DNA from: Alphaproteobacteria bacterium
GTDB taxonomy: Bacteria; Pseudomonadota; Alphaproteobacteria; GCA-2731375
Assembly: GCA_965225945.1 (NCBI GenBank)
Contig: CBDDBZ010000034.1
Coordinates: 1-64,000, forward strand
Length of the DNA stretch: 64,000 nt
Direction: 5' to 3'
The first letter of the stretch is position 1, and every line of letters begins with the position of its first letter. This document shows positions 38,969 through 48,806 of this stretch, in pieces. Both the position numbers and the translations under genes were made by a program. Under the pieces are notes generated by a model, which made no database searches, was not told where the DNA came from, and was given only the letters and a program-made list of their open reading frames with translations.

Positions 38969-40887
38969 ATGAGCGAGGCCATCGTCGAGCGGCGCCTGTC
39001 GACCATCCTGGCCGCCGACGTGGTCGGCTACAGCCGCCTGGTGGGCCGGGACGAGGCCGGCACGGTCGCCGCCATCAAGGCCCATATCGGCGAACTGATC
39101 GAGCCGAAGGCGCTGCAGTATCGCGGCCGCATCGTCAAGCTGATGGGCGATGGGCTGCTGATGGAGTTCGTAAGCGTCGTCGACGCGGTGCTGTTCGCGG
39201 TCGAGATGCAGGGCGGCATGGCGCTCCGCAACGATCGGCTGGCCGAGGACGACCGGATCGTCTTCCGCATCGGCATCAACATCGGCGACATCATCGTCGA
39301 CGGCGACGATATCCACGGCGACGGCGTCAACATCGCCGCGCGGCTCGAAAGCATGGCGGAGCCGGGCGGGGTCTACCTCTCGGAGGCCGCCTTCGCCCAG
39401 GTCCAGGGCAAGCTCGACCTCAATTTCGAGTCCCTGGGCGCGCAAGAAGCCAAGAACATCTCCCAGCCGATCTCGGTCCGCCGCGTGATCATGGACGACA
39501 AGGCGAACAGCCGGCTGACCGACATCCAGCGCGCCCGGCGTGCCCGGCGGCGCCCGCCTTGGCCTTGTTGGTGGCGGGCGGGATCGTGCTCCTCGCCCTC
39601 GGCGGGGGGATCGCCTGGTGGCGGCTCCAGACACCGGCGGCGGAGACCGCGCCCGATGTCCAGGCGGCGCTGGCGCTTCCCGACAAGCCCTCCGTGGTGG
39701 TGCTGCCGCTGGAGAACCAATCGGGCGACGCCGCCCAGGACGGCCTGGCGAGCGCGATCTCTGAGGCCATCACGACCGAGCTCGCGCGCTTTCCCGAGCT
39801 CTTCGTGATCTCGCCCGATTCGGCCAAGGTCTACCGCGACCGCAAGAAGACGCCGCGCGAGATCGGCCGGGCCTTGGGCGTCGGCCACGTCATGACCGGC
39901 GCCATCCAGCGCGCGGGCGACCGTCTCAGGGTGACGGTGCGACTGATCGAGGCCGAGAGCGAAGCACAGGTCTGGAGCGAGAAGTACGATCGCACGGTCG
40001 ACGACATCTTCGTCGTGCAGGACGAAATCGTGCGCGCGGCGGTGACCGCGCTCGGCGAGACGATCTGGCAGAGCGCCGCCACCAAGCTGGCGGCGAAGCC
40101 GCTGGCCAACTTCGCCGCCTACGATTACTGGCTCCAGGGCAAGGAGGTCTTCCACAAGCTGACCCCGGAGGCCAACCAGGAGGCCCGGCGGCTCTGGACC
40201 AAGGGCGTCGAACTGGATCCGGAACTTGGTTTCGGCTATCTCGGGCTCGCCTGGAGCCACTACATCGAATTTCGCGCCCAATGGGTCGCGACCGGGCCGG
40301 GGGCCCTGGAGCAGGCCACCGCCTATCTCGAACGGGCGACGGAGAAGATGGGCGAACAGGAGGGTATCCACCGCCTGATGGCGAAGATCAGCGAGGCGCG
40401 CGGCGAATTCGACAAAGCCTTGACCCACGCCGAGCGGGCGCTCGATCTCAATCCGAACGACGGCGACCTGCTCGCCACCTAGGCGCAGATGTTGACCGCC
40501 GCGGGGCGGGCCTCCGAGGCGCGGCGCTGGATCGACGACGCCATGCGCCGCAATCCGCACTATCCCGGCTGGTATGCCTCCGCCCTTTCCTACATCCAGT
40601 ACCGCCGCGGGGCGGGCCTCCGAGGCGCGGCGCTGGGAAAGGATTACGCGGGCGCCGTCACCACGCTCAACCGGATTGGAAAGCTGGCGATCTGGGACCG
40701 CCGCGCGCTGGCCGCCAGCTACGGCCAGTTGGGCCGGCAAGGGGAGGCGAGGAAGCAGGTCGACGCCGTGCTCGGAAAGAATCCTGAATTCTCCCTGGCG
40801 AAGTTCGCGCCGACCCTCAAATATCGCCGCGACGCGGACCGCGAGCACTTATTGGAAGGTCTGGAGAAGGCGGGATTCCCGGAGTAG
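38969..40887 (+). pseudogene. Class III adenylate/guanylate cyclase-TM-TolB-like-TPR protein, disrupted
   Basis: AADVVGYS, GDG, GDGVNIAARLE and PDKPSVVVLP motifs plus TPRs; frameshift ~39540-39560, TAG at 40480, templated insert ~40603. Confidence 0.88.
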
Positions 40888-40913
40888 GCGCGGCACGCGG
40901 GGGAGTTCGCGCC

Positions 40914-41564
40914 ATGGCGCACATCACCACCATGACGGCCGCCGTTGCGGCATTGAACGCCGCCTGGCCAACCATCGTCAGGGAATGCAGGCAGGTTCTC
41001 GGCAGCGAACTGCACTACCAAGCCATGATCTACCACGCGTTGCGCAGGACCGGCCGCGTGCCCATCGACCAGCTCGGCATGAACGTAAAGCAGTGGATCG
41101 ACGAACCTACGACCGAGCTGTTTCAAATTTACGATTCGGCCAAGGTGGAGAACTATCAGGGAGGATTTGAACCCATCCCCGACATTGTCCTGTTTCACCC
41201 ACGAATCCGTGGCGATTGGCGTAGAAGGAACAGAGAGAACAAGCTGAAGCACATGCTGCTCGCGATCGAGGTCAAGGCCTCCGAACGCCATAAGGGCCGG
41301 CTGAGACCCGGCGAGGTCATGGACGATATTGACAAGCTGGACGCGCAGCGTGAAGAACTGCGTTGTCTTGGCGCCCGGATGAAGCCCATCATGCTGATCA
41401 TCGACACGGCGCCGGAGGCCATTGAGCGGATGACGTCGAATGGCCTGCAAAAGTGCCGAACGAAGGCGCGCGATTACACGGTCGACTTGCTATATCTGTC
41501 GCCAAGCACGGCGTTCTGGGATACCACTTGGCCTGTCCGGCGCCCGTCCGCCAGGCAGGGTTGA
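40914..41564 (+). CDS. Hypothetical protein, possibly a PD-(D/E)XK nuclease
   Basis: SELHYQ...PDIVLF...IEVKAS; lower GC than its neighbours. Confidence 0.55.
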   Translation: MAHITTMTAAVAALNAAWPTIVRECRQVLGSELHYQAMIYHALRRTGRVPIDQLGMNVKQWIDEPTTELFQIYDSAKVENYQGGFEPIPDIVLFHPRIRGDWRRRNRENKLKHMLLAIEVKASERHKGRLRPGEVMDDIDKLDAQREELRCLGARMKPIMLIIDTAPEAIERMTSNGLQKCRTKARDYTVDLLYLSPSTAFWDTTWPVRRPSARQG

Positions 41565-41597
41565 GCGGCGTTCCGCCGATCCTTGCGGCACTGCTCC

Positions 41598-42086
41598 TCA
41601 CCCCCCGCCCTCCGCCAACCGCCGAATCGCGGATTCGTTCATGCGGTAGGGGCGCCAGGCCTCCAGCGGCTCGATGCCGAGGCGGTGGTAGAACTCGCGG
41701 GTCGGGTTCCCCTCGAGCACGTTGAGTTCGATCCGCCCGCAACCACGCTTCGCGGCGATTCGCGCCAGCGCCACCAGCAGCGCCCGGCCGAGACCGTGCC
41801 CGCGCGCCCGCGGCTCGACGAAGAGGTCTTCCAGGAACAACCCGGGCCGCCCCTCCCAGGTCGAATAGTTGTGAAAATAGAGCGCGAGACCCACCACCTC
41901 GCCGTCGAGTTCCCCGAGCAGCGCCTCGAAGCGCGGCGTCGGCCCGAAGGCGTCGCGGCCGACGATCGCTTCGGTCAGCTTCACGCTCGCAAGCGGCTCG
42001 TGCTCGTAAGCCGCGAGGGCGCGGACCAGGCGGACGATCTCGCCCGCGTCCTCTGGCGCCGCCGGGCGCACCGCGGTCAGGGGCAT
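41598..42086 (-). CDS. GNAT acetyltransferase (SSAT-like)
   Basis: YSTWEGRPGLFLEDLFV...RGHGLG. Confidence 0.9.
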   Translation of the reverse strand: MPLTAVRPAAPEDAGEIVRLVRALAAYEHEPLASVKLTEAIVGRDAFGPTPRFEALLGELDGEVVGLALYFHNYSTWEGRPGLFLEDLFVEPRARGHGLGRALLVALARIAAKRGCGRIELNVLEGNPTREFYHRLGIEPLEAWRPYRMNESAIRRLAEGGG

Positions 42087-42094
42087 GGCGCGCC

Positions 42095-42733
42095 TCAGGC
42101 CTCGATGGGGAAGGCGGCACGCACCGCGTCCGTCTGGGCCGCCGTCAGCGGCCGGGTCCGATGGCCTTGCAGCAGGAGGTAGAGGCGCGCCGTCTCCTCC
42201 AGTTCCTCGATCGCGTCGAGGGCCGCCGAGAGGCCGCTTCCCGCCACCACGGGGCCGTGGTTGGCCAGCAGCACCGCGTGATGACGGGTGGCGTATCCGG
42301 CCACCGCGTCGGCCAGCGCGGGGTCGCCCGGCGCGAAGAAGGGGACCAACGGCAAGCGGCCGATCCGCATCACGTAATAGGCGGTGAGCGGCGGCAGCAC
42401 ATCGTCGGGATCGACCTCGGCCAGGCAGCCGACCGCGACCGAATGGGTCGAATGCAGGTGCACGACGGCGCCGGCGGCCGGGCGTTTCCGGTACATCGCG
42501 AGGTGCAGGTTGGCCTCCTTGGTCGGCGCGTCGCCCTCCAGGTGCCGTCCCGCCGCATCGAGCTTGGAGAGCCGGGCCGGATCGAGCGTGCCGAGGCTGG
42601 AGCCGGTCGGCGTCAGCAGAAAGCCATCGCCCAATCGGACCGAGATGTTGCCGGTGGAGCCACCGGTCAGGCCGCGCTCGAAGATCGAACGGCCGTATTC
42701 GGCGATTGCCTCGCGAAGGGAAGCCTCGTTCAT
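42095..42733 (-). CDS. otnC: 3-oxo-tetronate 4-phosphate decarboxylase (class II aldolase fold)
   Basis: GSTGNIS, PTKE, HLHSTH and LANHG motifs; adjacent to otnK. Confidence 0.88.
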   Translation of the reverse strand: MNEASLREAIAEYGRSIFERGLTGGSTGNISVRLGDGFLLTPTGSSLGTLDPARLSKLDAAGRHLEGDAPTKEANLHLAMYRKRPAAGAVVHLHSTHSVAVGCLAEVDPDDVLPPLTAYYVMRIGRLPLVPFFAPGDPALADAVAGYATRHHAVLLANHGPVVAGSGLSAALDAIEELEETARLYLLLQGHRTRPLTAAQTDAVRAAFPIEA

Positions 42734-43998
42734 CGCAGCACCTCGAAGGCCTTGGCGAAGAAGTCGGGGCCGCCGAAGTTGCCCGACTTGAGGGCGAGCG
42801 CCAGCGGCTCCTCGCCCAGGCTCGCGGTCCAGGGGACGCCCGGCTCGATCTGCGGGCCGATGCGGATGGCGGCGACGCCGAGGCCCCGCACGACGGCACC
42901 CGAGGTCTCGCCGCCGGCGACGACCAGGCGGCGAACGCCGGCCCGGACCAGGCCCCGGGCGATCTCCGCCATCGCCGCCTCGACCATCTCGCCCGCCGCG
43001 TCCCGGCCCAAATCGGCCTGGATGCGGCGCAAATCCTCGGGTGGCGCACTGGAGTAGATCAGCACCGGCCCGTCGTCGAGCTTGTCGCCCGCCCAGGCGA
43101 GGCATTCGCCGACCACGTCGTCGCCGCCGGCGAGGCGGGGCGAATCGAGCCTGAAGCTCGGGCGCGTCGCCGCCATGGCCTCGATCTGGCCGAGCGTCGC
43201 CCGGCTGCAGGAGCCGGCGAGCACCGCTTCCAGCCCCTCGATGGCCGGCAGCGCGTCCGCGACGCGGCCTTCCGCCAGCAAGCCGCGGCGGCGGAAGTTT
43301 TCGGGCAGGCCGAGGGCGACGCCGGAGCCGCCGGTGATCAGCGCCAGCCCGCTCGAGGCCTCGCCGATCGCCATCAGATCCCCGTCGCTCAAGGCATCGA
43401 CGATGGCATGGCGCCGCCCCGCCGCCCGCTCGGCCGCAAAGGCTCGGCGAATCGCCTCGGGCCCGCGGGCCACGGTGTCGTAGCGCACCAGCCCCACCTC
43501 GGCCGGGGTCTGCGCCGCCAGCACGCGCACCAGGCTCGGATCGGTCATCGGCGTCAGCGGGTGGTCCTTCATTCCGCATTCGGACAGCAGTTCCTCGCCG
43601 ACGAAGAGGTAGCCGTGGCAGATCGTCCGCCCGGTCTCGGGAAAGGCGGGACAGGCGATGGTGAAATCGGCGTCGAGGGCGGCCAGCAGCGCGTCGGACA
43701 CGGGGCCGATGTTGCCGGCCGGCGTCGAATCGAAGGTCGAGCAGTATTTGAAGAAGATCTGCCGGGCGCCGGCCGCGCGCAGCCAGTGGAGCGCTTGCAG
43801 CGAGTGACGAATGGCGTCGGCCGCCGGAATGGTGCGGGACTTCAAGGCGACGACCACGGCGTCGACATCGGGTGCCGGCAGCGCCGCGCCCGGCGCGTCG
43901 AACAGCTGCACCGTCGACATGCCCTGGCGCACCAGCGTATTGGCGAGATCCGTCGCGCCGGTAAAATCGTCCGCGATCGCCCCCAGCAGCACGGCCAT
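42730..43998 (-). CDS. otnK: 3-oxo-tetronate kinase
   Basis: IADDFTGATD, KYCSTFDST, AGGETSG and LKSGNFG motifs. Confidence 0.9.
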   Translation of the reverse strand: MAVLLGAIADDFTGATDLANTLVRQGMSTVQLFDAPGAALPAPDVDAVVVALKSRTIPAADAIRHSLQALHWLRAAGARQIFFKYCSTFDSTPAGNIGPVSDALLAALDADFTIACPAFPETGRTICHGYLFVGEELLSECGMKDHPLTPMTDPSLVRVLAAQTPAEVGLVRYDTVARGPEAIRRAFAAERAAGRRHAIVDALSDGDLMAIGEASSGLALITGGSGVALGLPENFRRRGLLAEGRVADALPAIEGLEAVLAGSCSRATLGQIEAMAATRPSFRLDSPRLAGGDDVVGECLAWAGDKLDDGPVLIYSSAPPEDLRRIQADLGRDAAGEMVEAAMAEIARGLVRAGVRRLVVAGGETSGAVVRGLGVAAIRIGPQIEPGVPWTASLGEEPLALALKSGNFGGPDFFAKAFEVLR

Positions 43999-44098
43999 GT
44001 CCAGCCTCCCGCACGCCTCGAAGTGTCGGGCCAAGTCTAGACCAGGGAGGCGATATCGCCATAGCCTCGAGGGGACCCCGGAAGGGAAGGATGCAACC

Positions 44099-44812
44099 AT
44101 GACCTGGTCGATCGTCGCCCGCGAGGCCGAGACGGGCCGCTTCGCCATCGCCATCGCCAGCCGTTTCTTCGCCGTCGGCTCGCTCTGCCCTTGGGCGCGG
44201 GCGGGCGTCGGCGCGGTGGCGACCCAGGCCCGGGTCAATCCCCTCTACGGGCCGGCGATCCTCGACCTGATGGCCGATGGCCTCACGCCGGAAGCGGGAA
44301 TTGCGCGTGTCCGAGCGGCGGACGAGGGTCGCGCCCACCGTCAGGTCCACGCGATCGACGCCCGGGGCCGCAACGCGGCGGTCACCGGTGGGACTTGCGT
44401 CGAGTGGTGTGGGCACGCGCTGGCCGACGAGGTTTCCGTCGCCGGCAACATGTTGGCCGGCGAGGCGGTGGTGACGGCGACGCTCGCGGCCTATCTGGCC
44501 GGGGCTGGCCTGCCGCTCGCCGAACGGCTGCTCGCCGCCATGGACGCGGGCGAGGCCGAAGGCGGCGACAAGCGGGGGCGACAATCGGCGGCGGTGGTGA
44601 TCCAGGGCGCCGAGCCCTTCGCCGACCTCGACCTCCGGGTCGACGATTCCCCCGCGCCGCTGACCGAGCTTCGCCGTCTGCTCGCCGTCGCCGAGGAGGT
44701 TTATCTGCCCTTCCGCGCCGCGATGCCGACGACGGCCCGGCCCTCCGGCATCCTCGACGAGGCCGAGCGCGAGGCGGTGATGGCCGCGCTCGCGGATCAA
44801 CTCAGGGCTTGA
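44099..44812 (+). CDS. DUF1028 (Ntn-hydrolase-like) protein
   Basis: MTWSIVA, GAVATQA, AGNML and GGDKRGRQSA motifs. Confidence 0.9.
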   Translation: MTWSIVAREAETGRFAIAIASRFFAVGSLCPWARAGVGAVATQARVNPLYGPAILDLMADGLTPEAGIARVRAADEGRAHRQVHAIDARGRNAAVTGGTCVEWCGHALADEVSVAGNMLAGEAVVTATLAAYLAGAGLPLAERLLAAMDAGEAEGGDKRGRQSAAVVIQGAEPFADLDLRVDDSPAPLTELRRLLAVAEEVYLPFRAAMPTTARPSGILDEAEREAVMAALADQLRA

Positions 44813-45266
44813 AGATCATCAGGACGAAGATCGCGATCACCGCCGCGAAGGCGGGCCAGCCGAGGGCGAACCAGAGCCGCATCGCCCGGTGGTAGTCCCA
44901 CGGCAAGGCCGAGCCCGAGCGAAGCGCGGCGGCGGCGAGATCGCGGGCGCGGATTTGCAGGAAGACGACGGGGATCCAACAGGCCGCTATCAGGACATAG
45001 AGGGCGAGCGCCCAGATCAGCCAGGCCTCGCCCCAAGCGTAACCGCCCTCGATCACCAGCCAGGCGCCGGTCAGCGGCTGCGCCACCACGGCCGGCAGGG
45101 TGAAGAGGAAATCGGCGATCACCACCAGCCGCGCCGTGGCGTGGATCACCGCCACGTCGCCGCCCAGATGCGCCATCCACATGAAGAAGGCGATTCCCGC
45201 CCCGGTGCCGAACAGTACCGCCGCGCCCAGCACGTGAACCACTTTGAGCCAGAGGTAGAAGTCCAT
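44802..45266 (-). CDS. DUF2269 membrane protein
   Basis: LKVVHVLGAAVLFGTGAGIAF...WFALGWPAF...LMIFKP. Confidence 0.88.
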   Translation of the reverse strand: MDFYLWLKVVHVLGAAVLFGTGAGIAFFMWMAHLGGDVAVIHATARLVVIADFLFTLPAVVAQPLTGAWLVIEGGYAWGEAWLIWALALYVLIAACWIPVVFLQIRARDLAAAALRSGSALPWDYHRAMRLWFALGWPAFAAVIAIFVLMIFKP

Positions 45267-46573
45267 CAGCGATCGTCCTCGATCGCCATCAGCACCGCCG
45301 TCGCCACCAGCAGCGGCACCAGCTTGCTCATCGGGCCCAGCGGATGGAACCAGAGTTCCGGCATGGCGAGCGTCAGCATCACCATGTAGGGAAGCGTGAT
45401 CGCGATCTGCAGGCCGGCGACGGCACGAACTTGGACCCGCGCCAGCAACAGCAGCCCCAGCACCACGTCGAGCAGGCAACCGAGCCAGAAGGCGAAAGGG
45501 AGCAAGCCGACGGGAACGCCGACGGCGGCGAGCAGCGCCTCGCCCTCGGCGCGGGGAAAGAAGAAGGCGGTCGCGATACCGGTCCAGAGCCAGAACAGGC
45601 CGAGGCTGATCCTGAGCGCCGGCCGCAAGAAATAGAGCCGGGCGTGCCAGCGATCGGCGACGCCGCTCGGCTGCCGGGCCAAGGCGTCCTCCAAATCCAG
45701 CGGTGTCATCGCCAGAGCCTCTGCGAAGGGCGCCGGGTCGGCGGTGATGCCGAGCTCGCGCTGGCGGATCGAGGTCGTCGAAAGCGCGCCCCGGCCACCG
45801 AACCAGCGGAGGCAGTCGCCGAGGCGCGCCAGCAGCCGGATCGGCGCCATGGGCACCGGCACCTGGAGGATCGGCGGCGGCAGGGCGAGCCAGCCCCGCA
45901 GCGCCAGCAGGATCTCGGCCAGCGTCATCTCTCGGTGTCCGACCAGGTCCAGGACCCGAGCGCTCGACGCGCCCGCTCGCAGCAGGCGGAGGATCGCCTC
46001 GGTCACGTCGTCCATGGCGATCGGCTGGAAGCGCTGCTCGCCCTGGCCGGGGAGCGGCAGGACCCACGGCAGCGCCGCCAGCGCGCGGAAGAAGACGGTG
46101 CCGCCATAGGCGTCGCGTGCCACGACGAGGGAGGGTCGGACCACGATCCCGTCGAGCCCGCTAGCCAAGAGCCAGTCGTCCGCCGCCGCCTTGCTGGCGG
46201 CATATTCGGTGCCGGCCGCCGTCCCCGCGCCGAGCGCCGAGACCTGGATCACCCGGCGGACGCCCGCCGTCTCGCACGCACCGAAGAGGGCGATCGGGCC
46301 CGTCTCGTGAACCGCGCGGATGTCGTTCCCGGCCGAGGACTGCAGAATTCCGGCACAATTGATCACCGCTTCGACGCCCTCGAGACGCGGCGCCCAGATC
46401 TCCGGCGCCAGGTCCCGGTCGAGGTCGCCATGAACCCATTCGATGCCCGGAATCAACCTCCGGGCTTGCTCGAGATTGCGTGCCGCGCCCACCACCTCGT
46501 GCCCCTCGGCGCCGAGCCGGGCCACCAGATGGCGGCCGATGAAGCCGGAGGCGCCGGTCACCAGCACGCGCAT
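45266..46573 (-). CDS. NAD-dependent epimerase/SDR fused to a DoxX-like membrane domain
   Basis: TGASGFIG and YAASK motifs; hydrophobic C-terminus ending HPLGPMSK. Confidence 0.88.
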   Translation of the reverse strand: MRVLVTGASGFIGRHLVARLGAEGHEVVGAARNLEQARRLIPGIEWVHGDLDRDLAPEIWAPRLEGVEAVINCAGILQSSAGNDIRAVHETGPIALFGACETAGVRRVIQVSALGAGTAAGTEYAASKAAADDWLLASGLDGIVVRPSLVVARDAYGGTVFFRALAALPWVLPLPGQGEQRFQPIAMDDVTEAILRLLRAGASSARVLDLVGHREMTLAEILLALRGWLALPPPILQVPVPMAPIRLLARLGDCLRWFGGRGALSTTSIRQRELGITADPAPFAEALAMTPLDLEDALARQPSGVADRWHARLYFLRPALRISLGLFWLWTGIATAFFFPRAEGEALLAAVGVPVGLLPFAFWLGCLLDVVLGLLLLARVQVRAVAGLQIAITLPYMVMLTLAMPELWFHPLGPMSKLVPLLVATAVLMAIEDDR

Positions 46574-46616
46574 GTCGAGGTCTCCAAGTTTGCGAGGTGG
46601 CTTGCGGGCCCGGGGC

Positions 46617-47357
46617 TCATATCAAGAGACCGCCGTCGACGATGAAGACCTGGCCGGTGGTGTAGCTGCTCTCGTCGCCCGCGAGATAGAGGGCGATCGC
46701 CGCCACCTCCTCCGGCCGGCCGAGCCGGCCCATCGGCTGGCGGGCGATGAAACCCGCGCGCGCCGCGACCGGATCGGCGAAGCTGGCGATGCGCTCGTCG
46801 AGCGAGGGCGTCTGCACCGTGCCGGGGGCGATCGCGTTGCAGCGCACGCCCTGGCCGACATAATCCGCCGCCACCGACTTGGTGAGGCCGATCACCGCCG
46901 CCTTCGTGGTGCCGTAGATCGCCCGGGCGACGATTCCCTTCACCGAGCCCGAGACCGAGGCCATGTTGATGATCGAGCCGCCGCCTTCCTCCAGCATCGC
47001 CGGCAGGAAGGCGCGGATCAGGCGGAACATCGAGCCGACGTTGAGCTCGACGGCGAATTCGAACTCCGCCTCGCTCGCCTCCAGGATCGTGCCCTGATGG
47101 ACGAAGCCGGCGCAATTGAAGAGCACGTCGAGCGCGCCCAGGCGCGCCGCCGCCGCTGAAATCGCCGTGGAATCGAGGACGTCCAGCCGCTCCGTCTCGA
47201 TACCCTCGACGCCAGCGAGCTCGGCCAGCACCGCCTCGTTGACGTCGGTGGCGATGACCCGGGCGCCCTCGGCCGCGAAGGCCTCCGCCGTCGCCCGGCC
47301 GATCCCCTGGGCCGCCGCCGTCACCAGACAGCGCTTGGAAGCCAACCGTCCAGTCAT
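46617..47357 (-). CDS. SDR oxidoreductase (BDH2/keto-deoxy-sugar-acid dehydrogenase-like)
   Basis: TAAAQGIG, FNCAG and YGTTK motifs. Confidence 0.9.
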   Translation of the reverse strand: MTGRLASKRCLVTAAAQGIGRATAEAFAAEGARVIATDVNEAVLAELAGVEGIETERLDVLDSTAISAAAARLGALDVLFNCAGFVHQGTILEASEAEFEFAVELNVGSMFRLIRAFLPAMLEEGGGSIINMASVSGSVKGIVARAIYGTTKAAVIGLTKSVAADYVGQGVRCNAIAPGTVQTPSLDERIASFADPVAARAGFIARQPMGRLGRPEEVAAIALYLAGDESSYTTGQVFIVDGGLLI

Positions 47358-47376
47358 GTGCGTTTCCTCCAAACCC

Positions 47377-47799
47377 TCAAGGGTCGACGCGCGCCGTGGC
47401 GCTGCCGGTCACCACGCTTTTGTCATCTTGGTTGGTGGTGACCAGGTCGAGATCGACGAGATCGACTCCGTCCTCTCGGCGCAAGGCGACCACGGTGGCC
47501 TTGGCGGTGAGCGTGTCGCCCGGCCAGACCAGGTTGGTGAAGCGGACGCCGAACTTGGTGAGCCGCCCGTCGCCGACATAGTTCGTCACCATCTTGCCGG
47601 TGAGCCCCATGGTCAGCATGCCGTGGGCGAAGACCCCGGGGTAGCCCGCGGCCTCGCGGCAATAGATGTCGTCGGTGTGCAACGGGTTATAATCGCCGGA
47701 GGCGCCGGCATACATCACCAGTTGGGTTCGGGTCAGGTCGTCGACCACCACTTCCTGGTGGACGTCGCCCGCCTTCAGCTCGCTCGCGCGGAGTGCCAT
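47377..47799 (-). CDS. MaoC-family dehydratase
   Basis: YAGASGDYNPLH and AHGM motifs. Confidence 0.9.
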   Translation of the reverse strand: MALRASELKAGDVHQEVVVDDLTRTQLVMYAGASGDYNPLHTDDIYCREAAGYPGVFAHGMLTMGLTGKMVTNYVGDGRLTKFGVRFTNLVWPGDTLTAKATVVALRREDGVDLVDLDLVTTNQDDKSVVTGSATARVDP

Positions 47800-47810
47800 C
47801 GCGGCCCCCC

Positions 47811-48296
47811 TCAGCCTTGCTCGACCGGGCGCTCGGTCGTGACGCCGACCGACCGCGCGGTGATCACCAGTTCGCCGTGCTGGTCACGGTATTCGCTGAT
47901 CCGCTCGGTGAAACTGAGCTTGCCGGCGCGTTTGCTCTCCTTCTCCCAGGTGCGGCCCTCAGCCGTCGCCACCCTGAGCACGTCGCCCGGCTTCATGTGG
48001 CGGTGGTATTCGAAATGCTGCTCGGCGTGGAGGCCGCCGCCGCTCGGCGCGGCGCCGTCGATACCGCTCGGCTCGCGGCCCGAGCCGAACCACTTCCGGC
48101 CGGGCTTTACCCGAAGGGGATAGTCGGAATCGAACTGGCTGACGGCGCGGGGAAAGGTCGGTGGCGCGATGATGTGGCCGACCTCGCTCGCCGCCGCCGC
48201 CTCGGCGTCGCGGTAGATCGGATTGTCGTCGCCGATCGCCCGGGCGAACATCATTATGTGACTCGCCTCCACCGGCATTCTCAACCCGTCGGCCAT
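47811..48296 (-). CDS. MaoC N-terminal-type hotdog partner subunit
   Basis: FARAIGDDNPIY, APPTF and LHAEQHFEY motifs. Confidence 0.85.
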   Translation of the reverse strand: MADGLRMPVEASHIMMFARAIGDDNPIYRDAEAAAASEVGHIIAPPTFPRAVSQFDSDYPLRVKPGRKWFGSGREPSGIDGAAPSGGGLHAEQHFEYHRHMKPGDVLRVATAEGRTWEKESKRAGKLSFTERISEYRDQHGELVITARSVGVTTERPVEQG

Positions 48297-48435
48297 TCGC
48301 CTCTCCCCTCCTGGTCTCCGCCGGCCAGCGGGACATAAGCGCGCCGGTCCCGGGGCCGTCAATCCGGCGGCGATTGAGTTTGCGCCCCAGCTCGTCCACG
48401 ATAAAGTGGAATTCAGTGGAAACGGGAGGACGATC

Positions 48436-48762
48436 ATGGCCAGGCAGCTCTTCATGGTGTTGAGCGAGGCCGTCGAAGGACGGGAAGACGACTACAACGA
48501 CTGGTACGAGAACACCCACCTGGACGAGGTGATCGAGACCTCCGCCGTGGTCAGTGCCCAGCGCTTCAAGCTCGCCGCGCAGCGCGGCGCGGAAGCGCCC
48601 AATCGCTATCTCGCGATCTACGAGGTGGAGGTCGACGATCCGGCCGAGGTCTTCCCCTCGATCGACGCCGGCGGGGACAAACGGAACAACAGCGACGCCA
48701 TCGACCGCTCGAGCCTCGGCGCCTGGGTCTGGACCCCGATCGGCGAAAAGCACGGGGGCTGA
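48436..48762 (+). CDS. EthD/DUF4286-like small protein
   Basis: GREDDYNDWYENTHL...YLAIYE. Confidence 0.75.
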   Translation: MARQLFMVLSEAVEGREDDYNDWYENTHLDEVIETSAVVSAQRFKLAAQRGAEAPNRYLAIYEVEVDDPAEVFPSIDAGGDKRNNSDAIDRSSLGAWVWTPIGEKHGG

Positions 48763-48806
48763 GCCGAGGCTGGATACGGCGCGCCGCGCCGAACGAGGAG
48801 GACGCC

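Noticed and set aside
40495-40636. Diversity-generating retroelement TR/VR pair
   Set aside because: Copies are identical and only 36 bp, with no adenine-specific differences and no reverse transcriptase
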